From NCBI GenBank assembly GCA_025935035.1, contig JAICWB010000001.1:11834-75833 (forward strand): a stretch of 64,000 bases of DNA, written 5' to 3'. A program made the translations under genes and the position numbers. Of the stretch, positions 8,334 to 17,784 are shown one piece after another. Each line of letters opens with the position of its first letter. The first letter of the stretch is position 1. The notes under the pieces are model-generated. The model was not told the DNA's origin and searched no databases. It saw nothing but the letters and a program-made list of their open reading frames with translations. The stretch comes from Terriglobales bacterium (GTDB taxonomy: Bacteria > Acidobacteriota > Terriglobia > Terriglobales > Acidobacteriaceae).

Positions 8334-10340
8334 ATGACTCGCAGTCTTAGGAATTCGTTTGCGTTGTTGCTGTCGCTTCTATTCGTAGCCGTGGCGTGGG
8401 GACAACAGTGGACGCCTCTTGGTCCGGACGGTGGCGACGTTCGAAGTCTTTCGCGCGATCCCTTCACGCAACACAGGATATTGCTCAGTACCAGCGCCGG
8501 CCAACTGTACGAATCACTTGATGACGGCTTTACATGGTCCCGTTTCGCCAAGTTGGGCGAAGGGAATGACTACGTTTTAGATCGGGTCGTCTTCGATCCC
8601 ACGAAGAAGGGCATTGTTTACGTCGCCGCTTGGAGCGTAGAGAACACGACTGGCGATATCTTCCGTAGCGAGGATGGCGGAAAGAGCTGGAAGACGCTTA
8701 AGGCGATGCATGGCAAATCGGTGCGTGGTTTCGCCATGGCACATTCAAATCCTGACATTCTCGTGGCAGGTGCTCTTGATGGCGTTTACCGGAGTGAAGA
8801 TGGCGGCGATCATTGGAAGCTGATCTCGCCGGAAAATCATCCCGATATCCGGAACCTGCAATCGGTCGCAATTGACCCGCGCGATCCCAATATCATTTAC
8901 GTCGGCACCTGGCACCTGCCCTGGAAGACGGCGGATGGCGGCAAGACGTGGACCAACATGAAGAATGGGATCATCGATGACTCCGACGTTTTTTCCATCA
9001 TCGTCGATCCGGTGATCCCTTCCACAATCTATGCCAGCGCATGTTCCGGGATCTACAAAAGTGATTCATCCGGAGGTTCGTTCCGCAAAGTCCAGGGAAT
9101 GCCGTTTTCGGCGCGTCGCACGCGCGTGTTGATGCAAGACCCGGTGCACCGCAACATTGTGTACGCAGGCACCACGGAAGGTTTGTGGAAGACGATCGAT
9201 TCTGGTGCGACGTGGCGCCGCATGACCGGGGCCAACATCATCGTGAATGATGTGCTGGTTGACCCTGCGGATCCCAATCGCGTCTTGCTTGCAACCGACC
9301 GCAGCGGCGTCTTGCTGAGCAAGAACGGCGCCGAAACGTTCACGGCTTCAAATCGAGGGTTCGCCCATCGTCAAGTGGCTACTGTATTGATGGATCGCAA
9401 TGACAGTTCCACATTCTATGCGGGCCTGATCAATGACAAAGAATTCGGTGGTGTGTTTGTTACCCATGATTCCGGCGCTACCTGGGATCAAATGAATGCC
9501 GGTCTCGATGGACGTGATGTATTTGTCCTGCGCCAGACGCCTGATGGCTCGCTCATCGCGGGCACGAATGGCGGCGTTCTGAGCTACCGCGAAGAGAAGG
9601 GCAAAGGCGAGCGTTGGGTGCCCATTAATTATGTCATCAACATCTACGAGACGACCCATGCGGGAAAGACGAAAAAAGTTAAGCCTGTCATCGAAAGAAA
9701 AACGGTCAAATCGAGTATCACGGCCCGCGTGAATGATCTCGAGCTGCTTCCCGGCAAGTGGTACGCAGCGACATCCGCCGGCATGTTCATGAGCAGCGAT
9801 GAAGGCCGCAGTTGGCACGGCGGACCGCTACAAGGAGAGAACGACTTCGTTGCCGTGAAGAGTAATGGGCAGATTACTCTGGCGGCTGCTCGCAGAGCGC
9901 TGTTCATCTCGCCGGATAACGGAAATTCCTGGACGTCTGCAACTGTTCCGCCGATCGTTGCTTCCATCACGGATGTTGCGTTCGATGATCACAATGATCT
10001 CTTTATAGCTTCACGCGAAGGCGCATATCGCAGTAACGATGGAGGCGCGACCTGGGACCATTTGAAATGGTTGCCAGTGGATCACCTTGCTACCATTGTC
10101 TTCGACGAAGAGAATCACCGTCTTATCACCACATCGAATACCTCGCCGGGCATGTATGAGAGCCCAGACTCAGGCCGCACGTGGAAGCATGTGCAGACGG
10201 GCTTCTTAATGCGAGCTGTGCGGTCCTCGCGCGGGCGAGTATTGGGAACCACTGCATTCGATGGCGTAGTCACACAGCCGGAGAATTCCGGGACTGCGCG
10301 GATGAACGCAGGTTTTTCGAGCGACCGTTCGCAGAAATAA
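8334..10340 (+). CDS. Secreted BNR/Asp-box repeat beta-propeller protein (sortilin/Ycf48-like glycosidase-like fold)
   Basis: Signal peptide. At least 9 Asp-box motifs (SxDxGxxW): SEDGGKSW, SEDGGDHW, TADGGKTW, TIDSGATW, THDSGATW, SSDEGRSW, SPDNGNSW, SNDGGATW, SPDSGRTW. Confidence 0.7.
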   Translation: MTRSLRNSFALLLSLLFVAVAWGQQWTPLGPDGGDVRSLSRDPFTQHRILLSTSAGQLYESLDDGFTWSRFAKLGEGNDYVLDRVVFDPTKKGIVYVAAWSVENTTGDIFRSEDGGKSWKTLKAMHGKSVRGFAMAHSNPDILVAGALDGVYRSEDGGDHWKLISPENHPDIRNLQSVAIDPRDPNIIYVGTWHLPWKTADGGKTWTNMKNGIIDDSDVFSIIVDPVIPSTIYASACSGIYKSDSSGGSFRKVQGMPFSARRTRVLMQDPVHRNIVYAGTTEGLWKTIDSGATWRRMTGANIIVNDVLVDPADPNRVLLATDRSGVLLSKNGAETFTASNRGFAHRQVATVLMDRNDSSTFYAGLINDKEFGGVFVTHDSGATWDQMNAGLDGRDVFVLRQTPDGSLIAGTNGGVLSYREEKGKGERWVPINYVINIYETTHAGKTKKVKPVIERKTVKSSITARVNDLELLPGKWYAATSAGMFMSSDEGRSWHGGPLQGENDFVAVKSNGQITLAAARRALFISPDNGNSWTSATVPPIVASITDVAFDDHNDLFIASREGAYRSNDGGATWDHLKWLPVDHLATIVFDEENHRLITTSNTSPGMYESPDSGRTWKHVQTGFLMRAVRSSRGRVLGTTAFDGVVTQPENSGTARMNAGFSSDRSQK

Positions 10341-10346
10341 AGTGAC

Positions 10347-12479
10347 TTAGTCCGTCGGCTTGGCAAAAGCTGCCGCGTCAACCGGCGGATTCAACTTTAC
10401 TGACTTCACATCTGTCGTTGCCGCGACTTCGCCATTATCTTTGGTGACTCGCTTGAAAGCGACCGCGATCCCATCAACTGGCCTATAATCCGAGTAATCC
10501 ACTTCTCGCTGCACCGGCCCTTGCGGAGTGGTGGTTTTGAACTCCGCGCGTAGCACCTGCCCCTTGTCATCAACCAACCAGCGGGTGTTAGTCCCTTCCG
10601 AGGAGATATCCAAAATGTTGGCCGTTGTGTCGCCGACTTTTTGGGTGCCATTGGCCCGGAAACTGAAGCCCGGATCGTCAGCGTGCTGCGCCACAAAAAG
10701 TGGATCACGCTTTGAATCTTTTAATGCAGCTTCTTTCATGGCTTCTGGAAGATCTTGTGAGCCTTGGCCAGGCGCCGCGATGAAGGCTACCTTAGGCGTG
10801 AAAACCATCGACATTTCGCCCTGAGGCGCATGCAGCGTCGTCTTAAACTGGTCGGGGAAGATCGCGACGGATTCGGTATCAAGAGTTATGTTGCCATTCG
10901 GAGTAGGGCGGACTTGAGACGAAGTGGAGGAAATAGACTTCACCGACTCCACTTTATCTTTGCCGCCCATGGCCTGCACCACTTTCGCGATCAGCGCTTT
11001 GCCTTCAGGATTAGAATTTTCGGGCTTTGCAGACGCCGAAGCGCCGCTCGGCTCCTCCGGAATCGATATGTCAATGGTGTGCACTTGCCCCAATGTGTTC
11101 AATGGCTGGTCAAAGTCTTGCGATTTGCCAACGACGAGGACGGCAAACTTCTTGTCCGCCACATATTTGTTGACCACTCGCGCCACATCGGCCGTCGTTA
11201 CCTTTTCTATCCCGGCTCGGAAGCGTTCGAGATAATCGGCCGGATATCCGTAGAACTCGTAAGCCATGCGCTCGGCAAGTATCTTGTCTTTAGAATCAAA
11301 ATCAAAGATGAAGGAGTTCAGGATGTTCTTCTTGGCCCGGCTGATCTCTTCTTCGGAGCCGGGTTCTTTGATCAAACGCGCGACTTCAGCTTCTAAGGAG
11401 TGAATGGCCTGCACTGTGCTACCGCTCTTGGTGCCCATTTCCAAACGGAAGAGGCCGGGGTGATCGAAAGATGATCCGATGCCGCCGCCGACTGAATACG
11501 CCAAGCCCTGCTTGGAACGAATGCTATTGAACAGCCGGGATGCGAAAGCGCCGCCGAACATTTCATTCATCACGCGGACCGCATAGTAATCAGGATTGTC
11601 GCGCCGAATGCCTTGCGCGATCAGCTCGATCGCACTCTGGTTCACATCTGACTTCTCGACAAAGTACGTGCCTGGAGTGGGTGCTTTGAAGTCCACATTT
11701 GTCTCTTGCATCGCCGGTCCTTTCGGCCAAGAGGCGAACGCTGACCGCAACTTTGCTTCTACCGCAGCCGAGTCAAAGTCACCCACGATTCCGAGAATAA
11801 TATTATTGGGTTGAACGCTGCGTTTATGCCAATCGATTAAGTCCTGCCTCGTGACCGCATCCACGGTCCAATACTCCGCTTCACGGGCGTAAGGATTATC
11901 AGCGCCATAACCGATCTTCAAAGCCTCCCGGCCCTCTATGTCGCTGATCTCGTCGTTGCGTCGCGAGATGGCAGTTTTGAGCTGTTTCTTTGCCAGGTCC
12001 ACCTTATCCTGCCGGAATTCAGGATTACGCAACAGGTCAACGAAGACTTCGAAGACCTGGTCAAAGTCCTGCTTTAGCGCGGACATGCTGATCTCGGTCG
12101 AGTCAACTCCTCCGCCCGTCTCAACCTTCGCTGCACGGATTTCGAGGAAATCATCAAGCTGGTCGCCGGTCTTTGTAGTGGTGCCGCCGGTGCGCCACGC
12201 GGAGCCGTAGATACTCATCATGCCAGTCTTCGCTGCCGGAATGTCGCGCCCACCGCCGCGAATGCGGGCTGTTCCGTTGATGAGCGGCAGTTCATGATCC
12301 TCTTGCAAAAAAATGATCATGCCGTTCGGCAATTCAATGCGCTTTGGCTCCTGCGGAGAGAACTTATGCAAGGCCGGTTTTGCTTTTTCAAGCGCTGATT
12401 CCTGGGGGTCTTGCGCGAAACACATCAGCGCGAACATTGAGATGAAGATCAGAATGGCTACTTTACGAAGAGTTGTCAT
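10347..12479 (-). CDS. M16-family peptidase, non-catalytic subunit type, with a ~240-aa C-terminal extension
   Basis: Signal peptide and M16 (pitrilysin) two-domain architecture, but no HxxEH zinc motif. Its start overlaps the stop of the upstream M16 gene by 1 nt (TAATG). Confidence 0.8.
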   Translation of the reverse strand: MTTLRKVAILIFISMFALMCFAQDPQESALEKAKPALHKFSPQEPKRIELPNGMIIFLQEDHELPLINGTARIRGGGRDIPAAKTGMMSIYGSAWRTGGTTTKTGDQLDDFLEIRAAKVETGGGVDSTEISMSALKQDFDQVFEVFVDLLRNPEFRQDKVDLAKKQLKTAISRRNDEISDIEGREALKIGYGADNPYAREAEYWTVDAVTRQDLIDWHKRSVQPNNIILGIVGDFDSAAVEAKLRSAFASWPKGPAMQETNVDFKAPTPGTYFVEKSDVNQSAIELIAQGIRRDNPDYYAVRVMNEMFGGAFASRLFNSIRSKQGLAYSVGGGIGSSFDHPGLFRLEMGTKSGSTVQAIHSLEAEVARLIKEPGSEEEISRAKKNILNSFIFDFDSKDKILAERMAYEFYGYPADYLERFRAGIEKVTTADVARVVNKYVADKKFAVLVVGKSQDFDQPLNTLGQVHTIDISIPEEPSGASASAKPENSNPEGKALIAKVVQAMGGKDKVESVKSISSTSSQVRPTPNGNITLDTESVAIFPDQFKTTLHAPQGEMSMVFTPKVAFIAAPGQGSQDLPEAMKEAALKDSKRDPLFVAQHADDPGFSFRANGTQKVGDTTANILDISSEGTNTRWLVDDKGQVLRAEFKTTTPQGPVQREVDYSDYRPVDGIAVAFKRVTKDNGEVAATTDVKSVKLNPPVDAAAFAKPTD

Positions 12480-13999
12480 TATTCCTCTCCCTTCGTCGCG
12501 CCTGATGTCGCCTTCACGTTTTCAATCTGCGCCACCGTGCGATTGTTGGGGGTGAAAGTTTTTGTGGCCACTCTTTTGATGTCAGCCTTGGTCACTTTCT
12601 CAAGCCTCTCTTCATTGCGGAACACTTCGCGCCAGTCGCCTTCCAGCCCCTGTGCGGTGCCTAGCTCCTGCGCCAATCCTTCGTTGTCGCCCAAACCTCG
12701 AATCAAGTCAGCCTTGCCGCGCGTCTTGATCATGCGCAACTCATCATCGCTGACGTCAGTAGTCTTAAGCTTCTCGATCTCCTCATGGATAGCGGTGGCG
12801 AGGGTTTCAGGTGTGTTGCCCTGGGTCGGCACCGCATAGAACAGATAGAGGTTTGGATACTTATTGCCCGGGAAGCCGCTTTGTCCACCGGCAAAGAGTG
12901 CAACTTTCTTGTCGCGTACAAGCGCCCGATACAGACGGCTCGTCCGACCATTCGCCATCAGGTCAGAGATGGCGTCATAAACCGCATCATCCGGGTCTCG
13001 GAAGTTCGGCCGATGGTAGCCTTCCACGTACCAGGGTTGTCCCTGCTCGCGCAGTGTGACGACTTTCTCGCCGATCTGTACCGGCTCGACCGTACGAACG
13101 TCGTCAGGAGTTTTTCCGCTAGGCAAGCGTCCAAAATATCTTTCCAGGATAGGCATAGCAGTGGGGGCCTTTATGTCGCCCACGAGTGTGATCACGATGT
13201 TCTGCGGAACATAATATTTTTTGTACATCGCTTCCGCGTCTGTACGATTCACATTGCTGATCTCAGACATGAATCCGATAGTGCTGCGATGGTACGGATG
13301 CGCAATGTACGCCGTACCCTGCAATTGCTCGATCAACCGTCCGATGGGGCTACTGTCAGTACGCATGCGGCGTTCTTCCACCACCACATCCCGTTCTTTG
13401 TAGAATTCCCGGAAAACCGGATGCAGAAAACGCTCTGATTCCAGATAGGCCCAAACCTCTAACGCATTGGAAGGCAGGGAATAGTGATATGCGGTCTCGT
13501 CATTGTCGGTGAATGCATTTAATCCGACGCCCCCGTTGCGTTCCACGATCTCTCCGAACTCATTCGGATGCACGTATTGCTGCGCTTTCGCGACCAGATC
13601 CTCAAAGGTCTTGTACAGCGAAGCGATCTTCTTGGGGTCTTTGCCGCTTTCTTTGCGACGCTCGTAATCCCATGCTTTATACGCGGCGTCTACCTGCCCC
13701 ATGACGACTTTTTCCGCCGCAAAATTCTTGGTGCCGATCTTGTCAGTACCTTTGAACGCCATGTGTTCGAACATGTGGGCCAAACCGGATTGGCCTTCCG
13801 GGTCCTGCGTCGAGCCGACCTTAACGTACGTGAAGAACGAGAAGACTGGCGCCTCGGGACGCTCCATGATGAGGATGGTCAGGCCGTTCGGCAGTTTCTT
13901 TACGGTGATGCGCTTCTCAAAAGAAGCAATATCCTGCGCGTAGAGGCTCAAAGAAAAACACAGGAGCAAAGCAAAGGCGAGATAGCGCGAAACGCGCAT
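12479..13999 (-). CDS. M16-family zinc metallopeptidase (catalytic subunit type)
   Basis: Inverted zinc motif HxxEH is present (LAHMFEHMAFKGT). A signal peptide follows the internal Met (MRVSRYLAFALLLCF), which I take as the start rather than the track start at 14056. Confidence 0.85.
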   Translation of the reverse strand: MRVSRYLAFALLLCFSLSLYAQDIASFEKRITVKKLPNGLTILIMERPEAPVFSFFTYVKVGSTQDPEGQSGLAHMFEHMAFKGTDKIGTKNFAAEKVVMGQVDAAYKAWDYERRKESGKDPKKIASLYKTFEDLVAKAQQYVHPNEFGEIVERNGGVGLNAFTDNDETAYHYSLPSNALEVWAYLESERFLHPVFREFYKERDVVVEERRMRTDSSPIGRLIEQLQGTAYIAHPYHRSTIGFMSEISNVNRTDAEAMYKKYYVPQNIVITLVGDIKAPTAMPILERYFGRLPSGKTPDDVRTVEPVQIGEKVVTLREQGQPWYVEGYHRPNFRDPDDAVYDAISDLMANGRTSRLYRALVRDKKVALFAGGQSGFPGNKYPNLYLFYAVPTQGNTPETLATAIHEEIEKLKTTDVSDDELRMIKTRGKADLIRGLGDNEGLAQELGTAQGLEGDWREVFRNEERLEKVTKADIKRVATKTFTPNNRTVAQIENVKATSGATKGEE

Positions 14000-14124
14000 G
14001 GTGGAACCTCCGGGGGAGTGGATGAGAACCAGGCAATGAAAAACGTACGCCAGCATTCAACGTGGTGTCAAACGAAGTGAGAATAATGACGTTAGACGTG
14101 GTCGAAGGCCGAACGCGAGCAGGA

Positions 14125-14832
14125 CTAAACGTCGAATACCCGGTAGATCTGTGGTGGATCAAGATGCTGGAGAACCGGGAAAGCCACGTTATATACAGGA
14201 ACTCCGCCGATGGTCTTACCTTCCGGGGAGCCGTGATGCGCGTGGCCATGCACAGCCAGCACAGCGCCAAAGCGGTCGATCACTTCGGCCAATCGTGAAC
14301 TGCCAAGATATGGAAAGATCTCGGGCGGCTCACCTTCTACGGTCTCGCGAATAGGCGAATAGTGCGTGACCACAACGCGCTTATCGGCGTGGATCTGCAT
14401 GAGAGCTTTTTCAAGCTTTACCGCTTCATCGATTCCAGCCTGGACGAATGCCTTCACTGGCGCTTCGCCGAATGCGGTCAGAACGCCACGTCCAAATCCA
14501 CCGAAAAAACCTTTGACGCCCGCGAATCCCACACCGTCACGTACGTAGCTGCTGCCATCCAGAACCTTGATGCCTTCAGCGATCATAAGTCGCGTGAGCT
14601 CTTCGGGCTGTCCGCTCTCGTGATCGTGGTTTCCCAGTACAGCAACAATGGGAATCCGCAGCCGAACCAAGGCGGTCAGGAATGAGCTCATCTCTTCCGG
14701 CTTGCCGAAGTTGGTCAAATCGCCGGCAATGATCAATAGGTCGGCTTCATCCTTGAGCCGAGACATAGGCTCGCGGATCGCGTCGTAACGCTGCGGCGTG
14801 AAGTGCAAGTCAGCAGTAGCGGCGATCCTCAC
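14125..14832 (-). CDS. Calcineurin-like metallophosphoesterase
   Basis: All canonical motifs are in order: DLH (ATADLHF), GD (IAGDLT), GNHD (LGNHDHE), H (VTHY), GHxH (VHGHAHHG). The GTG start abuts the stop of the upstream gene. Confidence 0.85.
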   Translation of the reverse strand: MRIAATADLHFTPQRYDAIREPMSRLKDEADLLIIAGDLTNFGKPEEMSSFLTALVRLRIPIVAVLGNHDHESGQPEELTRLMIAEGIKVLDGSSYVRDGVGFAGVKGFFGGFGRGVLTAFGEAPVKAFVQAGIDEAVKLEKALMQIHADKRVVVTHYSPIRETVEGEPPEIFPYLGSSRLAEVIDRFGAVLAVHGHAHHGSPEGKTIGGVPVYNVAFPVLQHLDPPQIYRVFDV

Positions 14833-15696
14833 TTACGCGGCCGAGCCTTCCTTTGACGATCTATGGTGTTCCATGTGCTCCCGACGATGCTGGTCACGAT
14901 ACTTTTCAATCTCGTTTTCCAGACCCCACTCACGGACATCAATAGCAAACATGTTTTCGTCTATCAGGCTCCCTCGGAATGGCGCATCGGTATCCGGATT
15001 CATCAATGCAGCTTCAAACTGCTCCAGCAACCGATGCCACACCCGACGCGGGACTTCATTGGTATGTCGCGGATAAACATAGCGATAAAAGATCAGCGAC
15101 CACAACAATATCTCCCAATGGTCACCTACTAGCTGGAATACGCGGTCCCAATCCAGTGAATCGCGAGTGGCATAGATCAAATGAGCGACGTCTGCGCCGT
15201 CAAAGCGCTCGCGACGCGTGACAAAGATCTTTGATGCGATGAGCTCCTCCGCCGCCAGCACGGGCACTTCCACGCCAAGCACTTCAGTCTTCAGAGATCG
15301 GTCGATCCAGCTCTGGTCCACTTGTATGATGGCGTTGCTCATGCCCGTGATGAGATCAATAAAGTAACCACCGCGCCAGGCCTTTCCTAGCCATATCGGG
15401 TCGGGAACTTCCGTTTCGTAGCCGTTCTGTTTGAAGCATTCCAGCGCCGGCAAAAGGTGCTCTGTGGGCAAAAAGAGATCGATGTCTTTGGTATTCCTCC
15501 AAATGCCGGTGTGCTCGTGCAACGCAAAAGCGCCTGACACGGCGTATGGCACACCACTCTTGTTCATGATGTCCAGCGACTCGCGAAACGCATGTTCCTG
15601 TTCCGGAGCGAACTCCGGAGGCAGGGAACTGCTCACCGGCACTTTGGCAGAATCTTCGCGGCGTCGCTTTTCTATACGTTTCTCAGGCATAGTCAT
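14833..15696 (-). CDS. Putative Pol-beta-fold nucleotidyltransferase family protein
   Basis: Minimal NTase signature hG[GSA]x(9-13)DhD: AVSGAFALHEHTGIWRNTKDIDLFLP. A helical C-terminal domain follows. The stop TAA (14833-35) is directly contiguous with the GTG start of the phosphoesterase gene. Confidence 0.55.
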   Translation of the reverse strand: MTMPEKRIEKRRREDSAKVPVSSSLPPEFAPEQEHAFRESLDIMNKSGVPYAVSGAFALHEHTGIWRNTKDIDLFLPTEHLLPALECFKQNGYETEVPDPIWLGKAWRGGYFIDLITGMSNAIIQVDQSWIDRSLKTEVLGVEVPVLAAEELIASKIFVTRRERFDGADVAHLIYATRDSLDWDRVFQLVGDHWEILLWSLIFYRYVYPRHTNEVPRRVWHRLLEQFEAALMNPDTDAPFRGSLIDENMFAIDVREWGLENEIEKYRDQHRREHMEHHRSSKEGSAA

Positions 15697-15708
15697 CCGC
15701 CTAGCTTT

Positions 15709-15733
15709 GATGTTGCTGGACCATGGGATGTTG
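15709..15733. promoter_or_regulatory. Direct repeat GATGTTG-N11-GATGTTG in a divergent promoter region
   Basis: GATGTTG occurs at 15709-15715 and again at 15727-15733. Both lie in the 84-bp gap between the divergently transcribed NTase and LigD-polymerase genes. This is a candidate transcription-factor site only. Confidence 0.25.
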
Positions 15734-15780
15734 TGGCGGGATGAAACTTCCTTAGCGCGGCGTTCAGCATCTGAGATTTT

Positions 15781-16806
15781 ATGGCTGCCAGGAAGACATC
15801 CACGGTCGAAGTCGAGGGACGCACCATCACCGTCTCAAATCTTGAAAAGGTGCTCTATCCGCAACCCGGATTCACCAAGGGACAGGTGATCGACTATTAC
15901 CTGCGCATCGCCCCGGTCCTATTGCCGCATTTGCACAACCGCCCGCTCACCATGAAGCGTTATCCGGAAGGCGTGAATGGGATGTTCTTCTACGAAAAGT
16001 CTTGTCCCAAATATCGCCCGGAATGGCTGCAGACCACTGCCGTATGGAGCGAAGGACGCGGCGAGAATATCGATTACTGCATGCTGCAAGACCGAGCTTC
16101 GCTTGTCTGGGCGGCGAACCTGGCGGACCTGGAATTACATACCTCCCTCTCACTCTCCAAAGACGTGATGCAGCCCACAGTGCTGGCATTCGATCTTGAC
16201 CCAGGGCCGCCCGCCGACATCGTGCAATGCTGCCAGGTGGGCCTATGGTTGCGGCAACTCTTCGGCTCATTCGGACTCGAGTGCTTTCCTAAGACATCCG
16301 GTTCGAAAGGATTGCAGGTATATGTGCCGCTCAACACTGCCGTGACTTACGACGTCACGAAACCATTCGCCCACGCTGTTGCGAGGATGCTAGAAGACGC
16401 GCATCCCGACTTGGTCGTCTCAGACATGAAGAAGGTGTTGCGCACTGACAAAGTGTTTGTCGATTGGAGCCAGAATGACGACCACAAGACTACGGTCACC
16501 GTTTACTCGCTCCGCGCAAAAGAGCAGCCCACAGTCTCAACACCCGTGGAGTGGGCAGAGGTAGAGAAGTGTTTCAAGAAAAAGGACGCCTCACTACTGG
16601 TTTTCTTGACGGACAAAGTGTTAGGAAGGGTAGAGAAGAGTGGCGACCTGTTCGAGCCCGTACTTAAACTGAAGCAACACCTGCCAAAACCAAAAGACAT
16701 GCCTCCAGAACTGGCGGAACACTATGAGAGGTTCGCTCCTTCCGCGAAACCCAAGAAGACGGGTGGTAAAACCCCAAGTGTGGTTCGCGCGCGCAAGGCG
16801 CGCTAA
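15781..16806 (+). CDS. Stand-alone LigD-type polymerase/primase domain protein (AEP superfamily, NHEJ)
   Basis: N-terminus typical of LigD PolDom (VEVEGRTITVSNLEKVLYPQPGFTKGQVIDYY..TMKRYPEG). AEP motifs are FDLDP, TSGSKGLQVYVPL and VFVDWSQN. The tail is basic. No ligase or phosphoesterase domain is fused. Confidence 0.8.
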   Translation: MAARKTSTVEVEGRTITVSNLEKVLYPQPGFTKGQVIDYYLRIAPVLLPHLHNRPLTMKRYPEGVNGMFFYEKSCPKYRPEWLQTTAVWSEGRGENIDYCMLQDRASLVWAANLADLELHTSLSLSKDVMQPTVLAFDLDPGPPADIVQCCQVGLWLRQLFGSFGLECFPKTSGSKGLQVYVPLNTAVTYDVTKPFAHAVARMLEDAHPDLVVSDMKKVLRTDKVFVDWSQNDDHKTTVTVYSLRAKEQPTVSTPVEWAEVEKCFKKKDASLLVFLTDKVLGRVEKSGDLFEPVLKLKQHLPKPKDMPPELAEHYERFAPSAKPKKTGGKTPSVVRARKAR

Positions 16807-16860
16807 GGCGACTCAAGTTGATGACTGTACTCAGGGTCCGATAACGCGCAAAATGATTGC

Positions 16861-17784
16861 GTGTCCAAAGGCCCGAATGCGCGTGCTGTCACCGGTTTTA
16901 TCGCATACTTAAAGGTCGAGAAAGGGCTTGCTCCGCTCACCATCGCAGCTTACACGCGTGACCTGACTGACTTCAGCGCCTATCTCGGCCAAAAGCGAAG
17001 TCTCACGGCAGTCAAGCGAGACGACGTGCGCGGCTTCCTGGAGCAGCTTACTGCCCATGGACTCGATGGTCGTTCCATAGCGCGGAAAATCTCAACGCTG
17101 CGCCACTTCTACAAACATCTGCTGCTTGACCGCCAGATCAAGCTTGATCCGACGCTCAACATCGATTCGCCGAAGCAGTGGAAAGTTTTGCCCAAAGCGC
17201 TTTCGGGCGAAGAGATTGAAAGAGTCTTGACGAAACAGTCGTCCGCGTCAAAGAGTCCACGTCTGGCGCGCGCCATCGAAGTACGTGACCGTGCCATCTT
17301 GGAAACCCTCTATGCCGGGGCTTTGCGTGTGTCAGAGATCACTTCAGCCCGGCACATTGATCTGCGGCTCGACGAAGGGTGCATGATCGTACGCGGCAAA
17401 GGCGATAAAGAGCGCATCGTACCGCTTGGTCGAGTGGCCCAGGAATGTCTAGCTTCCTACCTCAAGGATGCGCGGCCGGTTCTAACCAGTGGCAAGCAAT
17501 CGCCACATCTATTTCTCGCGCAGGGTGGACACGCGCTGACCAGAAATCGTGTCTGGCAGATCGTCTCGGCAGCCTCCAAACACGGCCGTCATGCCAGTCC
17601 GCATATGCTGCGTCACAGCTGCGCTACGCATATGGTCGAAAAAGGTGCGGACTTGCGCACGGTGCAGACGATTCTTGGTCACGCTGATATCTCCACCACG
17701 CAGGTTTACACGCACCTGGCGATGGATAAACTGAAGTCCATCTACGCCAAACATCATCCGCGCGCTGCTAAGGGGAAGCGATGA
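16861..17784 (+). CDS. xerD: Tyrosine recombinase XerD
   Basis: ~300 aa with an N-terminal SAM-like core-binding domain. Catalytic region: RVSE.., [39 protein letters not shown] (R..HxxR..H..Y). GTG start. Confidence 0.8.
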   Translation: MSKGPNARAVTGFIAYLKVEKGLAPLTIAAYTRDLTDFSAYLGQKRSLTAVKRDDVRGFLEQLTAHGLDGRSIARKISTLRHFYKHLLLDRQIKLDPTLNIDSPKQWKVLPKALSGEEIERVLTKQSSASKSPRLARAIEVRDRAILETLYAGALRVSEITSARHIDLRLDEGCMIVRGKGDKERIVPLGRVAQECLASYLKDARPVLTSGKQSPHLFLAQGGHALTRNRVWQIVSAASKHGRHASPHMLRHSCATHMVEKGADLRTVQTILGHADISTTQVYTHLAMDKLKSIYAKHHPRAAKGKR

